From a virus (taxonomy: Duplodnaviria; Caudoviricetes), in the IMG/VR virus record IMGVR_UViG_3300032232_000427, positions 1 through 39,933 of that record: DNA of 39,933 bases. One strand, written 5' to 3'. A program made the translations under genes and the position numbers. Below are positions 26,728-35,854 of the stretch, in pieces (the first letter of the stretch is position 1; the number at the start of each line of letters is the position of its first letter). The notes under the pieces were generated by a model. The model searched no databases, was not told the DNA's origin, and saw only the letters and a list, made by a program, of their open reading frames with translations.

Positions 26728-27200
26728 TTGTACCTCGTCTCGTAAAGCCAGCGAGCCATGAGCAACGCCTCCGCACGGTCAGAGTGTTTCTTCAAGTTGA
26801 GCGGCGCTTCAGGGAACATGCGAATCGCGAGCGCCCTGCTCATTTCTTTGTCGCTGGTTAGTTTGAAATGTTTCTTCCATTGCGTCGGGGTCATGTAAAC
26901 TGTTTCAAAACGACACCCGGCAATAGAAGCTCGGGCAGAGCCGAAGCTATCCCCGAGACTAAAAATAGAAGACGACCCCTGACCGGGCATAGCGTTCACC
27001 CGCTCAAGCGCAACGCATACCGCCTCCTCAGCGGGAACGTGCCCCCTGAGCAGGGTGATCAACCCGGCGGGGTCTACTTCATTCTTTACAGCGCCCGAGC
27101 CTTTAGCTACAATCGGCATATCTTCCACGGCTACAAAAGCGCCGTCACGTAGAACGCCGATAGCGCCGCTGAGTCCTGGATCAATACCGATTGTAATCAT
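26724..27200 (-). CDS. RuvC-like Holliday junction resolvase
   Basis: IGIDPGLSGAIG (catalytic D), VALERV (E), PTQWKK, DRAEALLMA. Confidence 0.85.
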   Translation of the reverse strand: MITIGIDPGLSGAIGVLRDGAFVAVEDMPIVAKGSGAVKNEVDPAGLITLLRGHVPAEEAVCVALERVNAMPGQGSSSIFSLGDSFGSARASIAGCRFETVYMTPTQWKKHFKLTSDKEMSRALAIRMFPEAPLNLKKHSDRAEALLMARWLYETRYK

Positions 27201-28036
27201 AATGCCTCGTAATTCTCACAGCCCGCACGCTGAGCATCCATGCTGAGAGTTTCTTTGTTGAGTTCACACGTCCACGTTCCTGCCGGAGTAGGAGTGGCCA
27301 TAGAACAAGTACGGCAGTGACGTAAGGGTTCAGCCTCACGAACGCAAACCGCTTTCATGCTACAAAACTTACACCCAAAGCTGCTACCGTCATCACTAAT
27401 ACCAGCGGGGCGCAGACGCGCCTCGGTCAGCTTGATGATTTTCTGCTTCAGCTTTGTTTGCGCTTCTTTGTCTTCTTTGACGCGCTCAACGTAAAACTGC
27501 TCATCGTCTTTGCAGACAGCGACGTAAAGTGCACGGGTAAACCCGCCCAGCGCCATGCTGATTTGAACCTGAGCATAATGCAACGGCTTTGACTCTTGAA
27601 TACCCTTCTTTACGATGCCGGTAAAGCTGTTTTTGTTGTGCGTCTTGACCTCAAGAATATGCGGAGTCTTTTCAGAATCCGGCACGTCCTTAGTAACGCC
27701 GTCTACTTTAGTGATAAAGTGTCCGGTCTCGTCAATGAACTCAAACTGTTTACCGTCTTCCTGCTTGTCCCAGACGGCTAACCCTGCGCGGCGCAGATCC
27801 GCTACGATCCGCTCCTCCTGCAAGTGTCCCGTCTCAAACAGGCGAAGCATACGTCCGTCAAAACTTTCACGGGCGAACCCGCGCCAGTCAAGCCAGATTT
27901 GTCGTATGCATTCTTCGCCTATGAAAGACGAGCCAAGCCGCCCGAGGTAGAGGTCGGTTGACGACTTCTCTTTCGCAATAGCAGCGTAGACCCGGTTAAT
28001 GATCTCCTGCTCTGGCCGGGGCGGTATGGCTACCAT
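27197..28036 (-). CDS. Cas4-like PD-(D/E)XK exonuclease with Cys cluster
   Basis: N-terminal C (EECIRQIW), GHLQE, VDG, LEVKT, AQVQ and C-terminal CKFC-x5-C plus CRTC...C...C. Confidence 0.8.
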   Translation of the reverse strand: MVAIPPRPEQEIINRVYAAIAKEKSSTDLYLGRLGSSFIGEECIRQIWLDWRGFARESFDGRMLRLFETGHLQEERIVADLRRAGLAVWDKQEDGKQFEFIDETGHFITKVDGVTKDVPDSEKTPHILEVKTHNKNSFTGIVKKGIQESKPLHYAQVQISMALGGFTRALYVAVCKDDEQFYVERVKEDKEAQTKLKQKIIKLTEARLRPAGISDDGSSFGCKFCSMKAVCVREAEPLRHCRTCSMATPTPAGTWTCELNKETLSMDAQRAGCENYEAL

Positions 28037-28039
28037 GGC

Positions 28040-28543
28040 TCAATCCCAAGGGTTAGCGGACTTGCCAGCGGCGGGAGCGGCTGCGGCGGCAGGTTTAGCT
28101 GCGGCTTTAGGCGCTGCCTTAGCAGGGGCGGCTTCTTGATTAAACAAGAACGCTTTGATCTTGTTGCTGTCGCCATAGCCGCCAGTGCCTTTCTCAATAG
28201 CCACCGCCGCGCTGAACTGTTTGTCAAGCAGCTTGTCGGTGTCATCTGCGTCAGGCTTGCCGCATGCGGTAGCCCAAGCCACCATCTGCTGACGACCGAT
28301 ACGTTGAGCTTTCTCAGACGGGTTATTGACGTTGAAGTTTTGCCACAACAGGCGGGTAGCGAACTCACCCTTAACAACCTCAAACTTCACTTTGATGTAA
28401 GAACCCGTACCGGCGCTAGTAGTTTTCTCTTCAGCGTCCACCGCTTTGAGAATATACTCGCCCTCAGGAATAGGGTCGTACGAACCACCGGCGCTGCCGG
28501 TGTCAGGGGTGACGTCAGAGACGTCGAAGCCAAATTTAGCCAT
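28040..28543 (-). CDS. Single-stranded DNA-binding protein (DUF669-like)
   Basis: YDPIPEGEY, FEVVKGEF, NKIKAF and an Ala/Pro/Lys-rich tail ending PWD; AAGGAG SD; adjacent to the Sak4-like ATPase. Confidence 0.75.
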   Translation of the reverse strand: MAKFGFDVSDVTPDTGSAGGSYDPIPEGEYILKAVDAEEKTTSAGTGSYIKVKFEVVKGEFATRLLWQNFNVNNPSEKAQRIGRQQMVAWATACGKPDADDTDKLLDKQFSAAVAIEKGTGGYGDSNKIKAFLFNQEAAPAKAAPKAAAKPAAAAAPAAGKSANPWD

Positions 28544-28560
28544 TTTAATTACTCCTTCAG

Positions 28561-29301
28561 TTATTTGGTAATGGGAATCAATTTCTCGAGATTTTCGATT
28601 GTCATCTCAATCTCATCAGGACAGGTATACCGGTTCTTTGCAGCAAACGCGGGGTTCTCAACAAAGTGCAGCAAACGCTCACCCGTTGTTACGCCTCGGT
28701 TTTTCTGGTTATTGAAACCGGAGTCAGACTTGCGTATGATCACCTTGAACGCGGCAAACGCAAGCACATCAGCCCACTCCTGCAACAGCGCATTGCAACG
28801 ATTAGGTAGCTTTGGCTGATAGCGGTCGTAGGGTTCGGTGCGCGGGTCTTCAAACTTCACCACCGCAGCGTGAGCGATCAGCACGACGTTCATACGGCGC
28901 TTAACGCGCAGCACGTCCAATCCTTGCAGGATCTCGCGGAACTCCTCCGCAACGAGCATCTGACCTTTGCCATAGGCAAGGTCTTTAGCGTCATGCGAAG
29001 ATTCCACGTTGCTCACGATGAGCGGCTCAATGAGCCAATCAACCGAGTCGATTACCACGGTCTTGAATGCATGATCCTCTTTGATGAGGGTCTTGATATT
29101 CTCGACCACGTCCTCAACCTTAGTTGCACGCGGGAAGCTGGTAACATCCAACGAGTCTAGACCGTCCTCAGTGCTGATAAAAATCGGCGCTGGGAATTTA
29201 CTAGCCAAAGTGGATTTACCGATACCGTGACCCCCGTAAATACAGATACGGGGCGGTACATCTTGTTTACCTTTTCTCAAGGCGTCTTGCCAGTTTGACA
29301 T
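28561..29301 (-). CDS. Sak4-like AAA ATPase / single-strand annealing protein (start corrected to ATG 29301)
   Basis: Walker A YGGHGIGKST, Walker B TVVIDSVDW, LIAH, AKNR; AAGGAG SD before MSNWQ. Confidence 0.85.
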   Translation of the reverse strand: MSNWQDALRKGKQDVPPRICIYGGHGIGKSTLASKFPAPIFISTEDGLDSLDVTSFPRATKVEDVVENIKTLIKEDHAFKTVVIDSVDWLIEPLIVSNVESSHDAKDLAYGKGQMLVAEEFREILQGLDVLRVKRRMNVVLIAHAAVVKFEDPRTEPYDRYQPKLPNRCNALLQEWADVLAFAAFKVIIRKSDSGFNNQKNRGVTTGERLLHFVENPAFAAKNRYTCPDEIEMTIENLEKLIPITK

Positions 29302-29320
29302 TTTGTTCTCCTTTCGTGGT

Positions 29321-29689
29321 TTAAAGCGGTTTGTCATCCGCTGCTTCAAAATCGTCGTAGTCGAGACCCATTTGACCAAAGTCCCAACGCTGAGGCAAGT
29401 ACGAGAACGAGTTCCGGTCCCAGCTCAAAACATTAATGATGTCTTCTTTCTCATTCACCACCGCCATGCACACTGCGCAGAGGGTGGGGTCGCCAATCAT
29501 CAGCAGGTGGTCGCCCGCTTGCCACTCAGCCATGACGCGACGCGCCTTAGCTATCATGCTCGTCGTGTCATAAGGCTTACGCGGGTTGCCAAACACCGCC
29601 CGTAGAGCGCCGTACTTCTTTGCGTCTGACAGGTCTTTGTGGTTGTCTACTTGCACTACGTAGACCGTGCGTTGATTACCTTGTTCCAT
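29321..29689 (-). CDS. Conserved-looking hypothetical protein downstream of the DNA polymerase
   Basis: Overlaps the polymerase 3' end; VYVVQ...DLSDAKKYG...DHLLMIGDP...LSWD. Confidence 0.75.
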   Translation of the reverse strand: MEQGNQRTVYVVQVDNHKDLSDAKKYGALRAVFGNPRKPYDTTSMIAKARRVMAEWQAGDHLLMIGDPTLCAVCMAVVNEKEDIINVLSWDRNSFSYLPQRWDFGQMGLDYDDFEAADDKPL

Positions 29690-31517
29690 TTTTAACTTTC
29701 CTAGTTTTCTTCGGTGGTGGTGCCACTAGAGCGAGTTGCTCCGGGGTCAAATAATGTGCGCAGCCAACCGCAATGGCGATTTTTATCGCCTCTTTGTTAT
29801 ACCAGTCATAGTCAAGATCAACAGGGTGAGCTTGTTTGTCGTGCAGGGTCATACAGGCTTTAGCGCCCTCGGTTTTTGGAACCTTGTTGCCATTCGTAGC
29901 GTACTTGATAGGCTCATTGCTAGCGTCCGTTGATTGATACCACCGTACGACTTTGCCAAGGTAAACGCCGTTCTGCTGACCGCCGCCGGTAACATTTCGG
30001 GCACTAATAAAGTGCGTGAACGGAGCAGACTTAATCGTGTCTTCAAACGAAGTACCCTCTGCCAGCCATGCGCCCACAGCATCTGACGATACCTGAGCCG
30101 TTGGGTTTTTCTTAAGGGAGAGCGGCGCATAAATGCCTTTCACTTTCAGCTTACGGTCAGGCTTGACCGCAATGTAGTTGTTGACGTCCTTCATAGCGAG
30201 GGCGCGGTAATACGTGTATTCAAACGAGAACCCAGACACCTCGCTAAACTTGTTGACTATTTTTTCAACCAGTTCTTTCTGCTCCTTAGTGAAATGAATC
30301 GCTATGCCGTCAGTGTTAGCTGATAGCGTCACAGCCCCTGCTCGCTCAAGCCACTCAATCAACATGAGCAGGGTTAATTGACCGGTGAGCGTTACCGCCA
30401 ACATCAAGTCCGGCGAGTACAACACCGAGTAACGGCTAGCTAACTTACCGAACGTGCCGTTCAAAGAAATCTTTAGCGTTGCGTCGGTTATCTTATCGCC
30501 GTTACGCTTCGCCTCTAGGCGGCGCTCGTAAATCTTGCGATACTCCTCAACAAACCGCCTACCGAGCGCAACAGGTATGAACCCGCACTCTAAAATGATA
30601 CTCGGGTAAAACGAAGCCGCGTCAATATCGCAAATGTAGTCATCACCGGCGACGTAGCAAACCTGCTTATCATGTACGCTGTGAATACCGCCCACGCCGA
30701 GCTGGTACTGGCCACTACCGAAAACAATCGTATGCTGCCCGAGGAAGTCAGGAAGCTGCACGTGCCCTGTAACTGAGTTCATGTTGAAAACATGTTTAGA
30801 GACGCGGTCAAGCAGCCCCTGTAGCTCGGGGTCAAGAAACTTCAAGAATGCCGGAGGCGTATATCTAACCGTCTTCGGTATCTCATTATCTTGGCGCTTG
30901 AGACCCATGCTCGTGATGTACGCCTGTTCAGCCATCTGCGAATCAGACTTGCTACGCATGTCGGCTCCGTACCGACGGCTCATCTCAACGCGCAGTAATA
31001 ACTCACCTTCGAGCTGATTCAGCAGCTCGGCGGTCGTATCTACGTCGTTGTGGCAATACTCAAGTAGCATGGGCTCTTGCTCAGGGGTGATCATCTCGTC
31101 ATGGGCGATGGGCATGTCCTGCAACTTAGGCATGTGCATGCGAGCGCCGTAGGCTTTCAAACCTACGAATGACGGGGCGACCTCAATCAAGTCAATGTCA
31201 TCAAGAATGATGTCACGTAAATTGTGCTTGCGCATCGCATTCCACGGCGCAAGGCGATTGGTGATGATGTCATCAGCAATACGTTTGATCTCTATCTCAC
31301 TCCTGCCGAGGCAGAACGCTGCCACCACGGCGTTGTCAAACGACTTACTGTTGAAGCCGATCAAAGTTGTGTCTGGCTGTTGTACGAAACGGGTAAGACG
31401 AGCCGGGGCATCGTCAGCGTGACGCCACAAATCAAACCACTCTCCCGTCTCAATGTTCTTAGCGCAGAACAAAGTACGATTAGGTAGAGTTTCAGTATCA
31501 AACACCCAAGTCCCCAT
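29676..31517 (-). CDS. Family B DNA polymerase with 3'-5' exonuclease (start corrected to ATG 31517)
   Basis: ExoI FDTET, ExoII GFNSKSFD, ExoIII YCHND; motif A DAASFYPSII, motif B KISLNGTFGK, motif C NTDG, KDVNNY. Confidence 0.9.
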   Translation of the reverse strand: MGTWVFDTETLPNRTLFCAKNIETGEWFDLWRHADDAPARLTRFVQQPDTTLIGFNSKSFDNAVVAAFCLGRSEIEIKRIADDIITNRLAPWNAMRKHNLRDIILDDIDLIEVAPSFVGLKAYGARMHMPKLQDMPIAHDEMITPEQEPMLLEYCHNDVDTTAELLNQLEGELLLRVEMSRRYGADMRSKSDSQMAEQAYITSMGLKRQDNEIPKTVRYTPPAFLKFLDPELQGLLDRVSKHVFNMNSVTGHVQLPDFLGQHTIVFGSGQYQLGVGGIHSVHDKQVCYVAGDDYICDIDAASFYPSIILECGFIPVALGRRFVEEYRKIYERRLEAKRNGDKITDATLKISLNGTFGKLASRYSVLYSPDLMLAVTLTGQLTLLMLIEWLERAGAVTLSANTDGIAIHFTKEQKELVEKIVNKFSEVSGFSFEYTYYRALAMKDVNNYIAVKPDRKLKVKGIYAPLSLKKNPTAQVSSDAVGAWLAEGTSFEDTIKSAPFTHFISARNVTGGGQQNGVYLGKVVRWYQSTDASNEPIKYATNGNKVPKTEGAKACMTLHDKQAHPVDLDYDWYNKEAIKIAIAVGCAHYLTPEQLALVAPPPKKTRKVKNGTR

Positions 31518-31518
31518 G

Positions 31519-31779
31519 TCAGTCTTGGTTAACATAACCGGCAGTCGCACCACAATCCTCATCAGCTTTACGCTGCTCGATCTCGATCAACTTCTCAAGG
31601 AAGTGAACGGCTTTCTGTAAGTCTTGAATCGGATTACCTTTGAGGTAGCACCGCTCAACGTACTTGGTAGTGGCTGCTTGAAAATAGTTCAAATTCAGGC
31701 GATGCACGCGATCCCAGTGTTCCTCACCGCCGTGCTTGTAGTGATTACCGCCGATTTGTTTTTGATTAGCCGCGCTCAT
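31519..31779 (-). CDS. DUF3310 protein (T7 gp1.7-like putative nucleotide kinase)
   Basis: QIGGNHYK, KYVERCYLKGNPIQDLQKAVHFLEKLI. Confidence 0.8.
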   Translation of the reverse strand: MSAANQKQIGGNHYKHGGEEHWDRVHRLNLNYFQAATTKYVERCYLKGNPIQDLQKAVHFLEKLIEIEQRKADEDCGATAGYVNQD

Positions 31780-32264
31780 GCTGCGTAGTCCTTTATCATG
31801 TTGAAAATTTCACGCTCACGTCCGACGAGCATCATCTCGTCAGCGTAGCTCATGTAACGATCGAAGACGCGGCGCATACGCTTGTTGCCGAGGGAAAGCT
31901 CCCGGGCACAAAACAACGCGCCCTGAGCTACGTCAGAGAGTTTGAGAGTGCGCTTGTCTTCAGGGTTGAGGTGAGGCATTATGATTCCGGCAGCGGTCAT
32001 CAGACGTAGTTCTAATTCGTCTACTTTACCGCCGATACCGAACTCACGCTTTGCCGGCGAGGGGATGTCCCCGGTTTGAAACTCTGCGAGGTCGTGAAAC
32101 ATCGCAGCCATCAACAGTTGACGGCTCGCCAAGGGGTCAAAAAGCAGGCACAGCATAGCCACGCCGTGTGAATGATGACCGACGGTCTCAGACACGAGCG
32201 TAGTCACGGTGTGATACCGTTTTACTTCGCTTCCAGCCAGAATGAAATCTAGGGTTTGTTTCAC
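31776..32264 (-). CDS. HD-domain deoxynucleotide phosphohydrolase (YfbR/DatZ-like)
   Basis: KRYH, ETVGHHS, FHDLAEFQTGDIPSPAK, LKLSD; GTG start with GGAG SD. Confidence 0.85.
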   Translation of the reverse strand: MKQTLDFILAGSEVKRYHTVTTLVSETVGHHSHGVAMLCLLFDPLASRQLLMAAMFHDLAEFQTGDIPSPAKREFGIGGKVDELELRLMTAAGIIMPHLNPEDKRTLKLSDVAQGALFCARELSLGNKRMRRVFDRYMSYADEMMLVGREREIFNMIKDYAA

Positions 32265-32271
32265 AAAAAAG

Positions 32272-32290
32272 TTCTCCAGTTAGCAGTTAT
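32272..32290 (-). repeat. Variant copy of the start-associated repeat (ATAACTGCTAACTGGAGAA)
   Basis: Matches the early-region 20-mer except in the middle; 7 nt before the GTG start of the HD gene. Confidence 0.7.
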
Positions 32291-32297
32291 GTTAAAA

Positions 32298-32327
32298 ATT
32301 ATAGCTCACATTTTTAACAAAAGTAAA
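32298..32327 (-). promoter_or_regulatory. Sigma70-like internal promoter for the HD-DUF3310-polymerase-recombination genes, with a 10-bp inverted repeat
   Basis: Minus strand TTTACT-18-TATAAT; TGTTAAAAAT (32290-32299) / ATTTTTAACA (32310-32319) brackets the -10 box. Confidence 0.6.
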
Positions 32328-32328
32328 A

Positions 32329-33366
32329 TTATTTTTTCTCAGCCCTACGCAGCTCGTTTATCTCGTCATCTTCCTCTTTCATTTTACGAGCGTGGTCACG
32401 GCGGTCAATCCAATCAAAGGTAGCGCGTTTCCAATCAGTAGCGCGAATCTTAGCAGCGTAGCTACGTCCGTCACCGGCGTGTATCTTACGTATCTTGCTG
32501 ACCATAGCCATTGGGTGAGCCACGTGCTCAAAGAACGGGTTAGCGTAGTGTATACGCTCATTAAACGGGTCATGGCAGAACATCTCACATTCAGCTAAGA
32601 ACAATTTGTACTCGCCGTTCAACATGATTGGCATAGGGCGCACTTCACCCTTACGGTAAAAGTCATAACTGTCAGCGTCAGGCGGCGCAAACAAATAATC
32701 TTTAGCGTTGTAAAGCTCGGTGTAGAGGTGTAAATTATTACTAACCTGACGGTACACACCTAAGTGCATAGCTATAGCCGAGGCGACAAACTCCTGCAAG
32801 AAACTAAAGTGCACCGCGTTAGCGCCGTACGCACCCCACCAGATATCATTTGAACGATTGAACACCGTCATGTTCAGGCGGTTGTTACGCGTGTCAAAAA
32901 TGATCTGCGTGTTGCACGCTTTGTCTTTAGTCTTCTTTGTCAAGTCTGCCTCGTCCCAGATTTGAACAACAGCTTGACGGGTAGTAGGGTCACGGCGCAG
33001 CAGTTTGATAACTTCATCAAGCTGGTCACGACCGAAGTGCCTACGCCAGCGGTGACCGTAGGCGGCATTGAACGTCTTACCGTCGTCGCTGAACTCAACC
33101 ATACGCTTATTGAACTGCTGTAAAAACGCAACGTCATTACGCCCGGCAAGCATCCAGATTGACTCCATCAAATGGAAAATAGGGTTAGCGTCACGCTTCT
33201 TGTCAAACAAGACGCGCTCATACGGATACTTATAAACCGTAACCACCGGCTCAGGGTAAACGATAGCGGGACCATTACGGGTCTGTTCCGGTTGAAGGTT
33301 AAGCACCTTCATCTTCCAGAATATTTCGCTAAACGCTTGATTCACATTACGTACAATCAGTTCCAT
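32329..33366 (-). CDS. Thymidylate-synthase-family dUMP hydroxymethylase (start corrected to ATG 33366)
   Basis: TRNG, TTRQAVVQIWD, catalytic Cys in DKACN, RSNDIWWGAYGAN (Asn at the uracil-specificity position), NLHLY; adjacent to the 5-hmdU DNA kinase. Confidence 0.85.
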   Translation of the reverse strand: MELIVRNVNQAFSEIFWKMKVLNLQPEQTRNGPAIVYPEPVVTVYKYPYERVLFDKKRDANPIFHLMESIWMLAGRNDVAFLQQFNKRMVEFSDDGKTFNAAYGHRWRRHFGRDQLDEVIKLLRRDPTTRQAVVQIWDEADLTKKTKDKACNTQIIFDTRNNRLNMTVFNRSNDIWWGAYGANAVHFSFLQEFVASAIAMHLGVYRQVSNNLHLYTELYNAKDYLFAPPDADSYDFYRKGEVRPMPIMLNGEYKLFLAECEMFCHDPFNERIHYANPFFEHVAHPMAMVSKIRKIHAGDGRSYAAKIRATDWKRATFDWIDRRDHARKMKEEDDEINELRRAEKK

Positions 33367-33367
33367 G

Positions 33368-34288
33368 TCAAAACTCCGTTTCTGCTTTATAAGTTGTTTT
33401 TGGTTTACCTTCACCCAGGACTGCGCGGCAGTATTTGCTATACTCACACATACAGTTCTGAATGTCATGTAGCGTCAAATCTACAATTTCAAGCTCGTCA
33501 GCTACGTGAGCAAAAATGTTACTCAGCTGAGCGTTAAAGTCTTTTTGTTTCCAAGTCGCAAAAGGCGCGTTACCGTTCAGATAGTTCAAACCGCGTGAGC
33601 TACCAGGACCGATCGGTGCAAAGGTGTAGAGGTCTTCAACGTCCATACCCGTGTAGGTTAAATCAGCAGCGACCTGCCCAGCGATAAAAGTGCTAATACC
33701 AAAGCACTTACTCAGCTCAGCTACAAACCGCTCAATAGACATTCCCCGCTCGTTGTTCCATAGCGAGGCGCTGATATCGCCAGCGTGGTCAACCGCGCTA
33801 CCTATGATGTACTTAGCGACTGCCTTGGACTTGTTACCCCCCGGCTCCATCTTTGTAGGGTAAAGCATGTACGCGCCTGAGTAAACCTTTTTACCATCTT
33901 TTTTGAGACGTTCAAGCGTGTGCTCGAACATCTCAGCATCAAAGTTTTCAGGGGCGCAGGGTATGACCCCTTTGTCAATCAACGCCTGTAGCGTAGGTGG
34001 CCAGTTGATCAGGCGAGCGATCAACAACGTGAACCATAAGTGTTCATCGCCGTTAGCCGCTGCTGGCTCAATCAGGTGATCAATGATCCACTTTGAGCCG
34101 CGATCATCACTACGGTGAATGTTAGTGAATTTGTATTTAGCGAGCACCGGGTCTTTAGTCCACGGGGCGCTGTGACCGTTCTCACGGGCGAGGCGAATAG
34201 CCTCCCGCTCCCAGATGAAATAAAGCAAACCGGGCATCGAGCAAACAGTCTCAGCCGTAGGCATCGGGTATGGGCAACTGTCACGCAT
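33368..34288 (-). CDS. 5-hydroxymethyluracil DNA kinase (5-HMUDK, aGPT-Pplase1 family)
   Basis: FIWEREAI, PWTKDPVLAKYKFTNIHRSDDR, helix-hairpin-helix GISTFIAGQVAADL, GPGSSRGL, IQNCMCEYSKY; AAGGAG SD. Confidence 0.85.
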   Translation of the reverse strand: MRDSCPYPMPTAETVCSMPGLLYFIWEREAIRLARENGHSAPWTKDPVLAKYKFTNIHRSDDRGSKWIIDHLIEPAAANGDEHLWFTLLIARLINWPPTLQALIDKGVIPCAPENFDAEMFEHTLERLKKDGKKVYSGAYMLYPTKMEPGGNKSKAVAKYIIGSAVDHAGDISASLWNNERGMSIERFVAELSKCFGISTFIAGQVAADLTYTGMDVEDLYTFAPIGPGSSRGLNYLNGNAPFATWKQKDFNAQLSNIFAHVADELEIVDLTLHDIQNCMCEYSKYCRAVLGEGKPKTTYKAETEF

Positions 34289-34862
34289 TTTCGTACTCCT
34301 TCAAATATGTTACTACCCCGGTGATAGGGTCTTGCCAATCGAGGAAACGAACATCATAACCACCCGCCTCAGTTAGTATTTCGGCGCTCCTGAAGCATTG
34401 ATCATACGCAGTGCGCATAGTCTTTTCAGGGTCAAATACTTTCTCATTACCCGCCGCTGCGCGACGAGACAGCACGCGCTCTAAGCAGACCTCCCACGGG
34501 GTGTTCAAGAATGAGAATATAGCGCCGTGGTCTTTCAGTATCGGAGCCACATGCCCGCCGCTGCTGGACTTGCTCATCAGCAACCCTTCAACTAACACGT
34601 GCCCGTGGCCATGCGCCTTTACTACGCGGTCGGCAATTTCCTCTTGCGTCTTGATTCCGTCTGTGCCGCCACATGTGTTTTCATAGCTACCTACCACAAA
34701 CACCGGGGTCATAATACCCCAAGCGGTAGCGTCAACTCGGTACCCTAAAGGGCGGTCAGGCTTACCACCCAGCGCCTGAGTTGGTAGCTTAGTAAGGAAG
34801 CGCCGCACGATGGTGGTCTTACCCGAGCCATTACAACCGCGAATGTTGACAATCTGGCTCAT
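34281..34862 (-). CDS. P-loop nucleotide kinase associated with the base-modification cluster
   Basis: Walker A IRGCNGSGKTT, VGSYENTCGGTDGI, VLVEGL, LNTPWEVCLERVLSRR lid motif. Confidence 0.8.
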   Translation of the reverse strand: MSQIVNIRGCNGSGKTTIVRRFLTKLPTQALGGKPDRPLGYRVDATAWGIMTPVFVVGSYENTCGGTDGIKTQEEIADRVVKAHGHGHVLVEGLLMSKSSSGGHVAPILKDHGAIFSFLNTPWEVCLERVLSRRAAAGNEKVFDPEKTMRTAYDQCFRSAEILTEAGGYDVRFLDWQDPITGVVTYLKEYENA

Positions 34863-35854
34863 AGGAAGTACTCCGCTCTGAACGGCATGCCGGTCTCAGG
34901 GAAAACCGCCGCGTTTGCCTTAATTGTTGAGCTACCGCCACATTCAGCCCGTAGCCAGTCAGGCAACAGCTGTGACCGCATGTCTTTGAACACCTCGGTA
35001 TACGCCTCTTGACCGCGTAGGTCAGCCCACTCAATACGTTCTTGTGCCATGTCAGCGTAAACGCCGGGGTAGCGACGACCGAAGAAATGATTCTTGAATG
35101 TGCAGAGGTTTGACTCCATAGTGAACCGACCCACATTAGGCACGTCAGGGTAAGATGCCGCAAAGCCCTCAAGGAACGCATCAGCTTCAGACGCGAGAAA
35201 GCCGCTCATTAACTTCAGATTCTTGTAATTACCGTCCTGCCCGTTAGGTAGGCGCTTATCCCACACCAGTTCATCATTACCGCGCAGAAACAACATACCG
35301 TTGCGGTGTGACTTGCTACCCGACTTGTCACTAAACAGCAGGTCATCACAGTCAGCGCCGAACCCGTTCAAGTAGACATACTCGAGGTAGCTGAACGATG
35401 ACAGGCGACCGAACGAGAAATACGAGTCACGCACGTGCGTCCAAAGCTCAGCGTAAGTGCCGGTGAGCATGGCTTGCTGTGAGCCGCTAATCTTGACAAG
35501 CTCGGCATAAGTCTTGATAGCGGGCAGGGTGTCTTTCTTTTGATACCGGCGGTCGGTGTCAAACTGAAGCGTATCCCACTCAGCATTGAACCAGTTTTCA
35601 AAGTTAGTCAACGTCGAGCCAGCCGGAGGAACCCCCGGTAACTGGTCAAACAGCCGCAGCGATGTGATTGGGTTCTGAGTCAAGCCGTTCAAGAACGCGA
35701 ACCAGAGTTTCTGCTCAGCGTCCCAGTTGTAATGGCGGGCGAGTTCAGGCATGTACAAGTACACCAAGCCCGGCATGACCTTGTACTCAAGGTTCATCTT
35801 GTAGAGCGCGGTGAAATACTCATGCCTGTTTTCAGGTAGGCGGTAGTCTTTCAT
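34859..35854 (-). CDS. Amino acid:DNA transferase (AADT, aGPT-Pplase2 family, HhH-glycosylase fold)
   Basis: WFAFLNG, FDTDRRYQK, HhH FGRLSSFSYLE, SKSHRNG, ESNLCTFK, RRYPGVYAD; sits between the PLP enzyme and the kinases. Confidence 0.8.
   Translation of the reverse strand: MKDYRLPENRHEYFTALYKMNLEYKVMPGLVYLYMPELARHYNWDAEQKLWFAFLNGLTQNPITSLRLFDQLPGVPPAGSTLTNFENWFNAEWDTLQFDTDRRYQKKDTLPAIKTYAELVKISGSQQAMLTGTYAELWTHVRDSYFSFGRLSSFSYLEYVYLNGFGADCDDLLFSDKSGSKSHRNGMLFLRGNDELVWDKRLPNGQDGNYKNLKLMSGFLASEADAFLEGFAASYPDVPNVGRFTMESNLCTFKNHFFGRRYPGVYADMAQERIEWADLRGQEAYTEVFKDMRSQLLPDWLRAECGGSSTIKANAAVFPETGMPFRAEYFL

Noticed and set aside
27197-28036. Cas4-like gene as part of a CRISPR-Cas system
   Set aside because: No cas1/cas2 or array; the Sak4-SSB-exonuclease-resolvase context is a standard phage recombination module.
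31519-32264. HD hydrolase next to a polymerase as a sign of a 2-aminoadenine (Z) genome
   Set aside because: No PurZ/adenylosuccinate-synthetase-like ORF in the window, and all neighbours point to uracil/thymine chemistry.
32329-33366. Ordinary thymidylate synthase or dCMP hydroxymethylase
   Set aside because: Asn rather than Asp at the base-specificity position argues against dCMP; adjacency to a 5-hmdU DNA kinase and AADT argues against plain ThyA. Not biochemically proven.
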